From assembly GCA_035703635.1 (NCBI GenBank), contig DASSXV010000005.1, positions 1 to 64,000 on the forward strand: a DNA stretch of 64,000 nucleotides. The letters run 5' to 3'. Each line of letters begins with the position of its first letter. Position 1 is the first letter of the stretch. Shown piece by piece: positions 47,349 to 57,528 of the stretch. This DNA comes from Trueperaceae bacterium. GTDB lineage: Bacteria > Deinococcota > Deinococci > Deinococcales > Trueperaceae. The position numbers and the translations under genes are program-made. The notes below the pieces were generated by a model. That model did not search any database, was not told where the DNA came from, and worked only from the letters and a program-made list of their open reading frames with translations.

Positions 47349-47705
47349 GTGAGTCTCCTAGCGTGACGATGAAATAGTCGTGTTGCGTCCGCCACAACAA
47401 GCTTGAGTATAGGACGCCCTTGCGAACGGCACTGTGCTGGCGCTGCTAGCGTCCTGATTCCAATTTCTCGTCGTCGAGCTAAGAATGGGGGTTCCACGAT
47501 ACCTAGCCGGAGTTGGAACCGCTAGTGAGAGCATTTGGCCTGGCGGGTGTTTTGAGCGCGCGAGTGGGTGCGGTGGTGACTTTCCGCCGGACGCGATGTT
47601 TGGGGCCGCGGTGCTAGAGGCGGTACCGCAGGTGTGGGAGTCGGAGCGCAACTAACGACGCGTGAAGGCCAACGTCACTTGGCTTCTGCAATTTTCCCTA
47701 GCCGA

Positions 47706-48083
47706 CTATCCTCCAGCGAGGGACTGAGACAGAAGCGGCCCAACGGCGTCGCTGGCAATGCGGTAGTAGGCCATGCGACCGTCTCGGCGGAAGGTGACGA
47801 GGCCGTGGGCGCGCAGGAGCCTGAGCTGGTGGCTCATGGTGCTCTCGTTGACGCCCACGATTGCGGCCAGGTCGCAGACGCACAGCTCCTCTCGCTCGAG
47901 GGCGCATAGGACACGGTAGCGGGTTGGGTCGGCGAGGAGCTTGAGACGCTCGGTGGCGGCCTCCACCTGCTTGGGGCTGGGCAGGACGGCCTCGACACGT
48001 GCGACGGCGTCGGGGTGCATCAGGCGCACCTCGCACTCGCCGCTGGCGTCGACGGATGGGCTGGGCAGCGTGCTGGTGGTCAT
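47706..48083 (-). CDS. ArsR/SmtB (CadC-like) metal-sensing repressor
   Basis: CEVRLMH, LADPTR, ELCVCDLA, SHQLRLL. Confidence 0.92.
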   Translation of the reverse strand: MTTSTLPSPSVDASGECEVRLMHPDAVARVEAVLPSPKQVEAATERLKLLADPTRYRVLCALEREELCVCDLAAIVGVNESTMSHQLRLLRAHGLVTFRRDGRMAYYRIASDAVGPLLSQSLAGG

Positions 48084-50239
48084 GCCCGCTTCCGGTCGTG
48101 GCTCGGCTGGAAGCGTAGTAGCCGCAGAGCGTTGGCGGTGACGATGACGGTGGCGCCGGTGTCTGAGAGGATGGCGGGCCACAGGCCGGTTAGCCCAAGG
48201 AGGGTGGTGGCGAGGAAGACGGCCTTGAGGCCGATGGCGAACGCTACGTTCTGGCGGATGTTGCGCATAGTGGCCCGTGATAGCTCGACGAGGTCGCTGA
48301 CGCCGGTGGCGTTCCCCCGCAGCAGCGCCGCGCCGGCGGTCTCGAGCGCCACGTCAGTGCCGCCGCCCATGGCGATTCCTACGTCCGCGCTCGCTAGCGC
48401 GGGAGCGTCGTTGATGCCATCGCCCACCATCGCCACCTTGCCGCGCTGCTTCAGTTCGACTATGGCAACGAGCTTGTCGGCCGGCATGAGTTCGCTCCTG
48501 ACCTCGAGGCCGAGGTGGTCGGCGATGGCCTGGCCGGTGCGGGCGTTGTCGCCCGTCAGCATCACGCTCTTGACGCCCAGGCGCGCGAGGCGTTTGACGG
48601 CCGCGGCGGCGTCGGCGCGGGGCTCGTCACGGATGGCGAGGAGGCCCAGCGGCGTGGTTTCTCGAAGCACCACCACCACGGTCTTGCCCTCGCGCTCGAG
48701 GTGCGCGGCGCGCTCCTCGACCTCCGCTGACAGCGGCGCGTGCGCGGCAGCGAACCTGGGTGAACCGACGGCGAACTCCACCCCTTGGATGGTGGCGGTG
48801 ACGGCCTGGCCGGGCACGGCGCGCGCGTCCTGCGCGGGCGGGACGTCTAGCCCTGCGGCGCGCCACGAGATGGCCTTGGCGAGCGGGTGTGCCGAGCCCG
48901 CCTCCACCGCCGCGGCAAGGCGCAGCACCTCGTCGGCCGTGGTTTGCAGCGCCACCACGTCGGTGACGCGTGGCCGGTTCTCGGTGAGGGTGCCGGTCTT
49001 GTCGAACGCCACCGTACTCACGTCACCGATGCTCTCCAGCACGGCGCCGCCCTTGATGAGGAGCCCGCGGCGCGCGCCGGCGTTGATGCCTGAGGTCACC
49101 GCGGCTGGCACGGAGAGCACCAGAGCGCATGGACAGGCGATGAGCAAGAGCGCCAGCGCGCGGTAGATCCACTCCTCCCACGAGGCGCCGAACGCCAGCG
49201 GCGGCACTAGCGCCACGAGCGCAGCCATCAGCATGGCGGCGGGGGTGTAGAAGCTGCTGAAGCGGTCGATGAACCTGGCCACTGGCGCCTTGCTTGCCTC
49301 GGCCTCCTCGACTAAGTGGATGATCCTGGCGACGGTGCTGTCGTTGGCGGGTTTGTCGACGCGCACGCTCAGCACGGCGTTGGTCACGATGCTGCCCGCG
49401 AAGAGGCCGTCGCCGGCACCCTTGGCGACGGGGATGCTCTCGCCCGTCACGGGCGACTCATCGACGCCCGCAGAACCGGTGACGATCGTGCCGTCGGCGG
49501 GCACGCGCCCACCCGGCTGCACGCGCACCAGGTCGCCGACGCGAAGCGCCGCCACCGGTACCTCGCGCGCCTCGCCGTCCTCGAGGAGCAGCGCCACATT
49601 GGGCGCTAGCGCCGCCAGCGCCCGGATGCCGGCGCGGGCGCGGCCGGCGGCGACGTTCTCGAGCAGCTCGCCGATGGCGAAGAGAAACACCACGAGGGCC
49701 CCCTCGGGCGCCTCGCCGATCGCCACCGCGCCCAGGGCGGCGAGTGAGATGAGGGTGTTGATGGTGAACGGACGGCCCCGCCGTGCGCTGGCCCACGCTT
49801 TGCGTGCCAGGGGCGCGACCCCGATTAGGGCGGCGGCGGTGAAGCCCCAGGCCGTCAGGGGCGGGAATGCGAGCGCCAGCAGGGCGCTGAGGGCGAGGAG
49901 CGTGCCGGTGGCGATGACGAGGCGGCCCTTCGATGTGTGGTGCCAGGCGGGTGGTGAGGCAAGCGCGCTCGTCCCGGCGGCGATAGTCGCGGGCTCGCTG
50001 CCGAGCCTGGGCGGGTAGCCCAGGTCGGTGAGGTGCTTCTCCACGGTCGCGAGCGAGGCGCGCGCCTCGTCCAGCGTCAGGCGTAGTCTCTGGGTGGTGA
50101 AGTTCAGGCGCACGTCGCTGACGCCCGTCACGCGGCCGAGCGCGCCTTCCACCGTGCGCCCGCACTCCGCACAGTCCATGTTCTCCACGTAGAACTCGTA
50201 CGAGGCCGCCGCGTTTGCCTCGGATGCGGTCGAAGTCAT
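48080..50239 (-). CDS. P1B heavy-metal ATPase (ZntA/CadA-like)
   Basis: MDCAEC, TGES, CPC, DKTGT, GDGINDAP. Confidence 0.96.
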   Translation of the reverse strand: MTSTASEANAAASYEFYVENMDCAECGRTVEGALGRVTGVSDVRLNFTTQRLRLTLDEARASLATVEKHLTDLGYPPRLGSEPATIAAGTSALASPPAWHHTSKGRLVIATGTLLALSALLALAFPPLTAWGFTAAALIGVAPLARKAWASARRGRPFTINTLISLAALGAVAIGEAPEGALVVFLFAIGELLENVAAGRARAGIRALAALAPNVALLLEDGEAREVPVAALRVGDLVRVQPGGRVPADGTIVTGSAGVDESPVTGESIPVAKGAGDGLFAGSIVTNAVLSVRVDKPANDSTVARIIHLVEEAEASKAPVARFIDRFSSFYTPAAMLMAALVALVPPLAFGASWEEWIYRALALLLIACPCALVLSVPAAVTSGINAGARRGLLIKGGAVLESIGDVSTVAFDKTGTLTENRPRVTDVVALQTTADEVLRLAAAVEAGSAHPLAKAISWRAAGLDVPPAQDARAVPGQAVTATIQGVEFAVGSPRFAAAHAPLSAEVEERAAHLEREGKTVVVVLRETTPLGLLAIRDEPRADAAAAVKRLARLGVKSVMLTGDNARTGQAIADHLGLEVRSELMPADKLVAIVELKQRGKVAMVGDGINDAPALASADVGIAMGGGTDVALETAGAALLRGNATGVSDLVELSRATMRNIRQNVAFAIGLKAVFLATTLLGLTGLWPAILSDTGATVIVTANALRLLRFQPSHDRKRA

Positions 50240-50258
50240 GGCAGCATCGTACGTCACG

Positions 50259-50276
50259 TCTGTACAGTCGTACAGA
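50259..50276. promoter_or_regulatory. Inverted repeat, probable ArsR/SmtB operator
   Basis: TCTGTAC-AGTC-GTACAGA just upstream of the TACGAT -10 box of the ATPase gene. Confidence 0.65.
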
Positions 50277-50339
50277 TATCACGTGGTGGGTTGCCGCGGC
50301 CTGCCATTCGGGCCACAGGTCTTGAGTTCCTTCTGGCGC

Positions 50340-50369
50340 TTGACGGCCCCGCGCCCGGAGCGATATCAT
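50340..50369 (+). promoter_or_regulatory. Promoter of tRNA-Leu
   Basis: TTGACG-18 nt-TATCAT. Confidence 0.65.
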
Positions 50370-50412
50370 CTTTTTCGCCTCGTGAACGGCTTTCTGCGTT
50401 CACTTCGCCCAA

Positions 50413-50499
50413 GCCGAGGTGGCGGAATCGGTAGACGCGCCAGCTTGAGGGGCTGGTGGCCGCAAGGCTGTAGGGGTTCAAGTCCCCTCCTCGGCACCA
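50413..50499 (+). tRNA. tRNA-Leu(GAG)
   Basis: CCAGC-TT-GAG-GG-GCTGG; variable arm; GTTCAAGTCC; CCA end. Confidence 0.97.
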
Positions 50500-50510
50500 C
50501 AGAGTTCGTA

Positions 50511-50538
50511 AGCGGCCGACCTTCGGGTTGGCCGTTTC
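50511..50538 (+). terminator. Terminator after tRNA-Leu
   Basis: GCGGCCGACC-TTCG-GGTTGGCCGT stem followed by a short T run. Confidence 0.75.
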
Positions 50539-50611
50539 GCTTGCGGTTAGGCAGTTGGGCCTTTGCCTACCCCACGTCAGAGCGAGGCCGCGGGCCGTGA
50601 TAGCTTGACTC

Positions 50612-52189
50612 ATGCCGCGCCAGAACGTCGACCCTTCCCTGGCGCCCTCAGCTAGCTTCCCGTTCCCAAGCTATCGGCCTGGCCAGGCGGAGGCCCTAGA
50701 GCGAGCGCGTGACGCGTTCGCGGAAGGTAAGCGCTTCGTCGTCATCGAGGCGCCGACTGGGGCGGGGAAGAGCGCCATCGCCGTGACCCTGGCGCGTGAG
50801 TCCAAGTCCGCGTTCGTCATCACTAACCAGAAGATCCTGCAGGACCAGTACGTGCGCGATTTCCCCGACCTCGCCCTCCTCAAGGGCCGCTCGAACTACG
50901 ACTGCTTGGTGGCGCCAACGCACGCAGCAGCTGCGCCGTGCATCGTTGGGCAGCGTTTCCCTGCTTGCGAGGAGTGCCCGTACTTCACGGCCAAAGACGT
51001 GGCCATGGCGGCTGACGTCACCACCCTCAACTACGCTTACTTCCTCGCTGAACTCAACTACTCAGGTGCCTTCGCCAGGCGCGAGCTACTCGTACTCGAC
51101 GAGGCGCACAATGCAGAGGGCGCGCTCATGAACTTCGTGCAGGTCGTCATCGGCGAGGGGGCGCTGCTGCGCGCCGGCCTGCAGCGGGCCCTCCCACCCG
51201 ACCTCGGCGATGAACTGGCCTTCGAGTTCGCCGAACTCCTGCTACCCGAGCTGCGCCAACGTGCAACCGAACTAGAGCGCGGCCTCAAGGACGTCAGCAA
51301 CGAAGACGCGGCCTTGCAGCAGCTGCGGGTCAAGCAGTGGCTTGATGGGCAGAGCGAGCGCATCATGCTCCTGCTCGATAGTCACAACGCTGGTGAGGTC
51401 GACTGGGTGGTAGAGCGGCGGCACGGCCCTGAAGGGGCGAGCCTTACCTTCAAGCCCGTCGCAGTGGCGGCACTGGCGGAGAGCTACCTCTTCGGTTACG
51501 CGGACAGGGTACTCATGCTCTCGGCGACCATCCTCGATGCAGGCACGTTCCTCCGCAGCTTGGGAGTGGACCAGGCAGAGGCGGAGTTCATCAGCGTGCC
51601 ATCGTCGTTCCCGCCAGAGAACCGTCCGATCGTCGTGCGGCCGGCAGCGCGCCTCACCCGCCACTACCTCGACCGCGACCTGCCGCTCCTAGCGCAGGCC
51701 GTCAACGACCTAGCCCTGCGGCATGAGGACGAGAAGGGCGTCGTGCACGCCCACTCTTACAAGATCGCGGCGTTCATCGCCAAGCACGCGAGTTCGGAGG
51801 TGCGCTGGCGCGTCGTCACGCACCTAGACGCGGCTGGCCGCGACGCCGCCCTCGCCCGCCACCTCAGCTCACCGGACCCGACCATCCTGCTGACGCCTAG
51901 CATGACCGAGGGCATCGACCTCGCCGAGGACCTGGCGCGCTGGCAGGTCATCTGCAAAGTCCCGTACCCCTACTTGGGCGACAAGCAGGTCGCGGCGCGC
52001 ATGGAACGCGACCGCGACTGGTACGACTGGCGCACGACCCTAAGCGTCGTGCAGGCTTACGGGCGCAGCGTGCGCAGCGAGACAGACAATGCCGTCACCT
52101 ACTTGCTTGACGCCGACTTCCCTAACTTCCTCAAGCGCCAACAGCGGCGTTTGCCTGGCTGGTTCGTGGAGGCGCTAGAGCGTTACTGA
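50612..52189 (+). CDS. DinG/Rad3-family ATP-dependent helicase
   Basis: YRPGQ, EAPTGAGKS, four-Cys cluster, DEAH, SAT, EGID, QAYGRSVR. Confidence 0.92.
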   Translation: MPRQNVDPSLAPSASFPFPSYRPGQAEALERARDAFAEGKRFVVIEAPTGAGKSAIAVTLARESKSAFVITNQKILQDQYVRDFPDLALLKGRSNYDCLVAPTHAAAAPCIVGQRFPACEECPYFTAKDVAMAADVTTLNYAYFLAELNYSGAFARRELLVLDEAHNAEGALMNFVQVVIGEGALLRAGLQRALPPDLGDELAFEFAELLLPELRQRATELERGLKDVSNEDAALQQLRVKQWLDGQSERIMLLLDSHNAGEVDWVVERRHGPEGASLTFKPVAVAALAESYLFGYADRVLMLSATILDAGTFLRSLGVDQAEAEFISVPSSFPPENRPIVVRPAARLTRHYLDRDLPLLAQAVNDLALRHEDEKGVVHAHSYKIAAFIAKHASSEVRWRVVTHLDAAGRDAALARHLSSPDPTILLTPSMTEGIDLAEDLARWQVICKVPYPYLGDKQVAARMERDRDWYDWRTTLSVVQAYGRSVRSETDNAVTYLLDADFPNFLKRQQRRLPGWFVEALERY

Positions 52190-52644
52190 GCCGCGAACGG
52201 CAAGGTCGTTGGGCGTTCTAGGTTGGTGCGCAGCACCATGGTCGTCTCCGTGCGCTCAACACCCTCGGTGGTGAAGAGGCGGTCAAGGAACGCGTCGAGG
52301 GCCATGGTGCTCGGCACCCGCACCTTGACGATGAACGAGTAAGTGCCCGCCACCGCGTGCAACTCCTCGACCTCGCGGAACTCCATCAGGCGCTCGACCA
52401 GGCGTTGCGCTGGCTTGCGCGGCTGCGGGGCGATGGCAACGAAAGCGGTGATGGTCAACCCGACAGCCACCGGGTCGATCTCGGCGTGATAGCCGCGGAT
52501 GACGCCTGCCTGCTCGAGCTTCTTAACGCGCTCGCCGACGGCAGGCGCCGATAAGCCGACGGCCTTGGCTACCGAGGCGTGCGAGGCGCGCCCATCATGA
52601 AGCAGTATCTCGAGAATGCGGCGGTCGACGGCATCGAACTCCAT
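52183..52644 (-). CDS. Lrp/AsnC regulator
   Basis: DAVDRRIL..VGLSAPAVGERVKKLEQAGVIRGY. Confidence 0.93.
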   Translation of the reverse strand: MEFDAVDRRILEILLHDGRASHASVAKAVGLSAPAVGERVKKLEQAGVIRGYHAEIDPVAVGLTITAFVAIAPQPRKPAQRLVERLMEFREVEELHAVAGTYSFIVKVRVPSTMALDAFLDRLFTTEGVERTETTMVLRTNLERPTTLPFAAQ

Positions 52645-52691
52645 GCTGACCGCGAATCTATCACGCCGCCGGGGCCGGGGTATCCTGCCGT

Positions 52692-53471
52692 GTGCGCGTT
52701 CTATTCGTCGGCGACGTGTTCGCTACCCCAGGCATGAAGGCAGCCCAGGCCTACCTTGGCTTGGTGAAGGACGATTACGACTTCGTGATAGTCAACGGCG
52801 AGAACGCTGCTGGCGGCTTCGGCATCACCCGCAAGCACTTCGAGCAGTTGCGCGCCGCTGGCGCCGACGTCGTTACGCTCGGCAATCACGCCTTCGATCA
52901 ACACGAAGTCGTTGAGCTCCTGGAGGAGACCCCGCGCCTCCTGCGCGCCGCCAACTACCCGCCTGGAACGCCCGGACTTGGCTGGTCGACTTACGAGGTG
53001 CCTGGTGGCCAGCGCATCGTGGTGGCGCAGCTCATGGGCCGCGTGTTCATGGACGCCCTCGACGACCCGTTCAGCGCCGCTGACGTCATCCTCGAGCAGG
53101 TTGCCGAAGACGTGCCGGTCATCGTCGACTTCCACGCGGAGGCAACGAGCGAGAAGAAGGTCATGGGCTTCCACTTGGCCGGGCGTGTCAGCGCCGTCCT
53201 TGGAACGCACACGCACGTGACGACCGCGGACGAGCAGGTCTTCAAGGGCACCGCTTACATCACGGACGTTGGCATGACTGGGGTGCAGAGCTCGTCGATC
53301 GGCATGGCGTTCGAGGAGGTTCACGAGCGCTTCGTCACCAAGTTGCCCGTGAGGTTCCGACCGGCTTTGGGCAGCGCGACGGTGAACGCGGTCGCGTTGG
53401 AACTCGTCGGCGCACGGGCGGTGAGCGTGCGGCGCGTGCGCTGGGAGCATGGAGAGAGGCACGAGCCATGA
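52692..53471 (+). CDS. ymdB: YmdB/TIGR00282 metallophosphoesterase
   Basis: VNGENAAGG, GNH, DFHAEATSEK, GTHTH, TDVGMTG. Confidence 0.93.
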   Translation: MRVLFVGDVFATPGMKAAQAYLGLVKDDYDFVIVNGENAAGGFGITRKHFEQLRAAGADVVTLGNHAFDQHEVVELLEETPRLLRAANYPPGTPGLGWSTYEVPGGQRIVVAQLMGRVFMDALDDPFSAADVILEQVAEDVPVIVDFHAEATSEKKVMGFHLAGRVSAVLGTHTHVTTADEQVFKGTAYITDVGMTGVQSSSIGMAFEEVHERFVTKLPVRFRPALGSATVNAVALELVGARAVSVRRVRWEHGERHEP

Positions 53472-56188
53472 GCGCTAAAGACGACGCGTTCGGGCTCCTA
53501 TCGAGCGACGTCGACTTCCTCGCGTCTGCCCTAGGCGAGGTGCTGCAGGAGCTGGAGGGCCAGCGTCTCTTCCGGTTGGTCGAGCGCGTCAGGCACCTCA
53601 CCAAGAGCCTCCGTTCCGGGGCAGACGACGGTGCGGCGCAGGAACTCGACGAGCTCTTGGGCTCGCTAGACACCGTTACCGCAGAGAAACTCGTGCGGGC
53701 CTTCACCATCTACTTCCAACTCGTGAACCTGGCCGAAGAGATCCACCGCGTGCGCGTCAACCGCCACCGCGAGGTGGGCGCCAACGTGGCTGAGCCGCGC
53801 GGCGAGAGCCTCGCCGCCGCCGTGAAGTCTTTGCAGAGCCGCGGTTGGACGCGCAAGGAGGCGAGCGAGTTCCTCCGTGGGCTCGACTTGCAACTCACCG
53901 TCACGGCACACCCGACAGAGGTCAAACGCTACACGGTGCGGCTCAAGATCGAGCGTATCGGCGAGGCGCTGAGGCAGCTCCATGAGGTCGAGTTGGCGCC
54001 GCGCGAAGGCCGCGAGCTGCGCGCGCAGATCTACGCTGAGATCGCCACGCTGTGGCTGACGCGCGAGGTGGCGCCCGAACGCCCGACGGTGATCGACGAG
54101 GTCAAGAGCGCCCTTTACTACTTCAGGCGTTCCTTGCTGCAGGTCGTGCCGCGCATCATGGCCGACTTGGAGGAGGCGCTCGATGACTACTTTCCAGACG
54201 ACGCCGCGCCGCGCAGCGGGCACTTGAGCCCGACTAGGGAGGCGCCTGCCCCCATCCTGCGGTTCAGGTCGTGGATAGGCGGTGACCGCGACGGCAACCC
54301 GTACGTAACGCCAGGCGTCATGCGCGAGGCTTTCGAGTTGCAGGCGCGCGTGGCGAACGACGCGTACGTGGCGGACGTCGAAGGCCTCGTGCAGCGCCTC
54401 TCGCAGTGGGAGGGCCGCACCATGTTGACGGACGAGTTCCGAGCGGCGCTCGACGCGCGCACTGCGGCAGAAGGCCAAAGCGGCCGCTTCGAGGGTGAAC
54501 CTTACCGCCGCTGGCTCGAACACCTCCATGCCGCCCTGCTCCGTGAACGCGGCGCGCCAGGCAGCTACCCGGGAGGCAGCGCTGGTTACCGCGCCGACCT
54601 AGCCGTGCTCGAGGCGGCCCTGCGCTTCGGGCACGGGGGTAGGGCAGCGGATGCCTTCCTGCGCTCGCCTATGCGCCGGGCGGCGGCTTTCGGCTTCGCG
54701 CTCGCGCCGCTGGACGTGCGCGAGCACAGCACCGTCTACGAGGCCGCCATCGCCAGCATGCTGGCCGCGGCGGGCGTGAACGCCGACTACGCTGCGCTTG
54801 ACGAGGCGGAGCGGGTGAACGTGCTCGCCCGCGAGCTGGCGTCCACCCGCCCGCTCCTAGCGCACGGCGCGGCCATCGGCGAAGAAGCTGAGCGGGCACT
54901 TGAGTTCCTCGCCGAGTTCCGCCACATGGAGGACACGCACGGCGCGGCTGCCCACGGCAGCACCATCGTGAGCATGACCGCTGGGGTTTCGGACGTGCTC
55001 GAGGCGCTCCTCATCGCCAAGGAGGCCGGGGTCACCGAGATCGAGGCGACGCCACTGTTCGAGACGCTAGCCGACCTCGAGGCCGCGCCCGGGATAATGC
55101 GCAACCTCTTCCAAGTCGAGCCTTACCGCGCTCACGTCAGGCGCCGCGGAGTGCAGGAAGTCATGATCGGCTACTCGGACTCAAACAAGGACGTTGGGTT
55201 CGTGACGGCCTCGTGGGCGCTGTACCGGGCGCAGGACGAGCTCGCGAAAGTGTGCCGCGAGTTCGGCGTGCCTCTGCGGATCTTCCACGGGCGCGGCACC
55301 AGCATCGGGCGTGGCGGTGGGCCCGCAGGACAGGCGTTCCTCGCCCAACCGCCAGGTAGCGTGGCAGGGCGCATGCGCCTGACGGAACAGGGCGAGGCGC
55401 TAGCCGACCGCTACTCAGACCCCGACCTGGCGCACCGCCACCTCGAACAAGTGCTGCACGCATTCATCCTCGCGAGCGCGCGCGTGCCCGACGAGCACGG
55501 CAGCGTTGACCCGCGCCACCTTGCCGCCATGGACGCAGCCGCGGCCGCGGCGATGGGCCGCTACCAGGAACTCATGCGCGCGGACGGCTTCATGCGCTTC
55601 TTCCAGCAAGTCACGCCGATCGAGGAGCTAGCGCAACTCAACCTCGGTTCGCGGCCGACGCGCCGTGCCGGAGCACCGACCGTCGCCAACTTACGCGCGA
55701 TACCGTGGGTGTTCGCCTTCACGCAATGCCGCGCCAACTTGCCTGGCTGGTACGGGCTCGGCGCGGCGCTACTTGCCATAGAGCCAGCTGTGGCGCGGGA
55801 GATGTACCGCCAGTGGCCGTTCTTCACCACCATGATCGACTTCGCGCAGATGAGCCTAGCGAAGGCGGACATGAAGATCTTCGACGCGTACCTCACCCTG
55901 GTAGAGCCAGAACTGCGGCACTTCGGGGCCATCATCAAGGGACACCACGCGGAGACGGTCCGGCTCGTAGAAGAGGTGACCGGCGCGGCGCTGTTGGACA
56001 ACGACCCAGTGCTGGCGCGGGCGTTGCTGCTGCGCAACCCTTACGTCGACCCCATCAGCCACCTGCAGGTCGAGCTCCTGCGGCGCCTCCGCGGGCACCC
56101 AGCGGAGGGGCTCGAGCATGACGAGTTGGCGTACGGCGTGATGCTCTCGCTCCTCGGCGTCAGCGCAGGCATGCGCAACACGGGTTGA
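53468..56188 (+). CDS. ppc: Phosphoenolpyruvate carboxylase
   Basis: TAHPTE, GGDRDGNP, MIGYSDSNKD, FHGRG, C-terminal RNTG. Confidence 0.97.
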   Translation: MSAKDDAFGLLSSDVDFLASALGEVLQELEGQRLFRLVERVRHLTKSLRSGADDGAAQELDELLGSLDTVTAEKLVRAFTIYFQLVNLAEEIHRVRVNRHREVGANVAEPRGESLAAAVKSLQSRGWTRKEASEFLRGLDLQLTVTAHPTEVKRYTVRLKIERIGEALRQLHEVELAPREGRELRAQIYAEIATLWLTREVAPERPTVIDEVKSALYYFRRSLLQVVPRIMADLEEALDDYFPDDAAPRSGHLSPTREAPAPILRFRSWIGGDRDGNPYVTPGVMREAFELQARVANDAYVADVEGLVQRLSQWEGRTMLTDEFRAALDARTAAEGQSGRFEGEPYRRWLEHLHAALLRERGAPGSYPGGSAGYRADLAVLEAALRFGHGGRAADAFLRSPMRRAAAFGFALAPLDVREHSTVYEAAIASMLAAAGVNADYAALDEAERVNVLARELASTRPLLAHGAAIGEEAERALEFLAEFRHMEDTHGAAAHGSTIVSMTAGVSDVLEALLIAKEAGVTEIEATPLFETLADLEAAPGIMRNLFQVEPYRAHVRRRGVQEVMIGYSDSNKDVGFVTASWALYRAQDELAKVCREFGVPLRIFHGRGTSIGRGGGPAGQAFLAQPPGSVAGRMRLTEQGEALADRYSDPDLAHRHLEQVLHAFILASARVPDEHGSVDPRHLAAMDAAAAAAMGRYQELMRADGFMRFFQQVTPIEELAQLNLGSRPTRRAGAPTVANLRAIPWVFAFTQCRANLPGWYGLGAALLAIEPAVAREMYRQWPFFTTMIDFAQMSLAKADMKIFDAYLTLVEPELRHFGAIIKGHHAETVRLVEEVTGAALLDNDPVLARALLLRNPYVDPISHLQVELLRRLRGHPAEGLEHDELAYGVMLSLLGVSAGMRNTG

Positions 56189-56396
56189 GCGCCGCCTCGT
56201 TCCTGAACCGTGACTGGCGGCAACACGGCGAGGTCCCGCCGCCTGCTACCCTCACAGGTAGAGGCACAGGTGGTCGGACCTCTGACCCTGTTGCTCTCAT
56301 TGCGTTCATGAGGCGCGTGCATAGCATGACCCGTAGGGCATAAAACAGGCGCACTGTTCAACGGCCCAAAGCGAAAGACCGCGCAAGGAGCGTGGA

Positions 56397-57113
56397 ATGA
56401 CTGTAACTGAACTGCTGCTGAGCGGCGGCCCGATTCTGGTCGTCATCATCTTGCTCTCCGTCTACGCCGTTTACCTCTTCGTCGAGCGTTTCCTCAAGCT
56501 GCGGCGCGAGCGTACGGACACCTCCAACCTGATGGTCCGCGTCAACGCCGCCGTGCGTGAACGCGACCTCGAGGCTGCGCTCGACGCATGCGAGAAGCAC
56601 GGTGGACCCGTCGCGCGCGTGCTGCACGCCGCGCTCGAGCGGTTGCCTTACGGGCGGCCGGCAGTAGAGGCGGCGTTCGAAGAGGCGTCACTTAGCGAGG
56701 AGCAGTCGCTTTCCCGCGGCCTTCTGCCGTTGTCCGTCATAGCCAAGATCACGCCGATGCTAGGCCTGCTCGGCACCGTCACGGGCATGATCATCACGTT
56801 CTCGCAGATCTCGCTGCACGGTTCCGGCGACCCGGGTGAGCTCGCGTACGGCATCGGTCAGGCCCTCGTCACGACGGCGGCCGGCCTCATCGTCGCCATC
56901 CCCGTGCTGGTCGGCCACGGCTACCTCTACAGCCTGGTCGACAAGCAACTCGGCGACATCGACAAGCGCCGCGAGGAACTCATGGGCAACGTCGTGCAGG
57001 CAGTAGCTAACCGCCGCGACGAAGCGTCTAGTGGTCGTCAGTCCGACCAGCAGGACACCCGCGAGGGGCGCATGGACTTGCGCCAAGGCGCTCGCCCCGC
57101 CACCCAGGCCTAG
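56397..57113 (+). CDS. exbB: ExbB/TolQ proton channel
   Basis: PMLGLLGTVTGMI, GIGQALVTTAAGLIVAIP. Confidence 0.93.
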   Translation: MTVTELLLSGGPILVVIILLSVYAVYLFVERFLKLRRERTDTSNLMVRVNAAVRERDLEAALDACEKHGGPVARVLHAALERLPYGRPAVEAAFEEASLSEEQSLSRGLLPLSVIAKITPMLGLLGTVTGMIITFSQISLHGSGDPGELAYGIGQALVTTAAGLIVAIPVLVGHGYLYSLVDKQLGDIDKRREELMGNVVQAVANRRDEASSGRQSDQQDTREGRMDLRQGARPATQA

Positions 57114-57116
57114 AAC

Positions 57117-57524
57117 GTGCGAAGGACCCGCAGACGCCGCCGCGAAAGCATCATGCCGGAACTGGACCTTACGCCGATGGTCGACGTAGTGTTCCTGCTC
57201 CTGATCTTCTTCATGGTTTCAACCACGTTCATCACGGTCGAGACCGGGTTGCCTGTCGATCTGCCTGACGCCCAGACGTCCGTTGCTGAACCAGCGAACC
57301 TGCCAACCGTCACCGTCACGAAGGACGGCAGCGTCTACTTCAGCGGCGGCCTCGTGCAAGAGGCGCAACTCGCGGTGCTCGTCCGTGACGAGATCAACCG
57401 CTCCGGCCTCACCACGGTCGTCCTGCGCGCAGACCGCGAGGTGCCGCACGGCACCGCGGTGCGCATCATGGACCTGATCAAGCAAGGTGGCGCCCAACGC
57501 ATCGCCATCTCTACCGGAGGCTGA
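57117..57524 (+). CDS. exbD: ExbD/TolR
   Basis: LTPMVDVVFLLLIFFMV, LRADREVPHG. Confidence 0.93.
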   Translation: MRRTRRRRRESIMPELDLTPMVDVVFLLLIFFMVSTTFITVETGLPVDLPDAQTSVAEPANLPTVTVTKDGSVYFSGGLVQEAQLAVLVRDEINRSGLTTVVLRADREVPHGTAVRIMDLIKQGGAQRIAISTGG

Positions 57525-57528
57525 GGTA

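Noticed and set aside
46890-52189. Genomic island at tRNA-Leu carrying metal-resistance genes
   Set aside because: The metal genes lie on the tRNA 5' side; no integrase or duplicated tRNA end; composition is host-like.
50612-52189. Helicase as CasDinG or a defence helicase
   Set aside because: No cas genes, array or defence neighbours; housekeeping context.
39535-56327. Shared TCATGAGG...TAGCAT motif upstream of PBP1A (39535) and exbB (56306)
   Set aside because: Only two instances with different spacing; cannot be told from chance.
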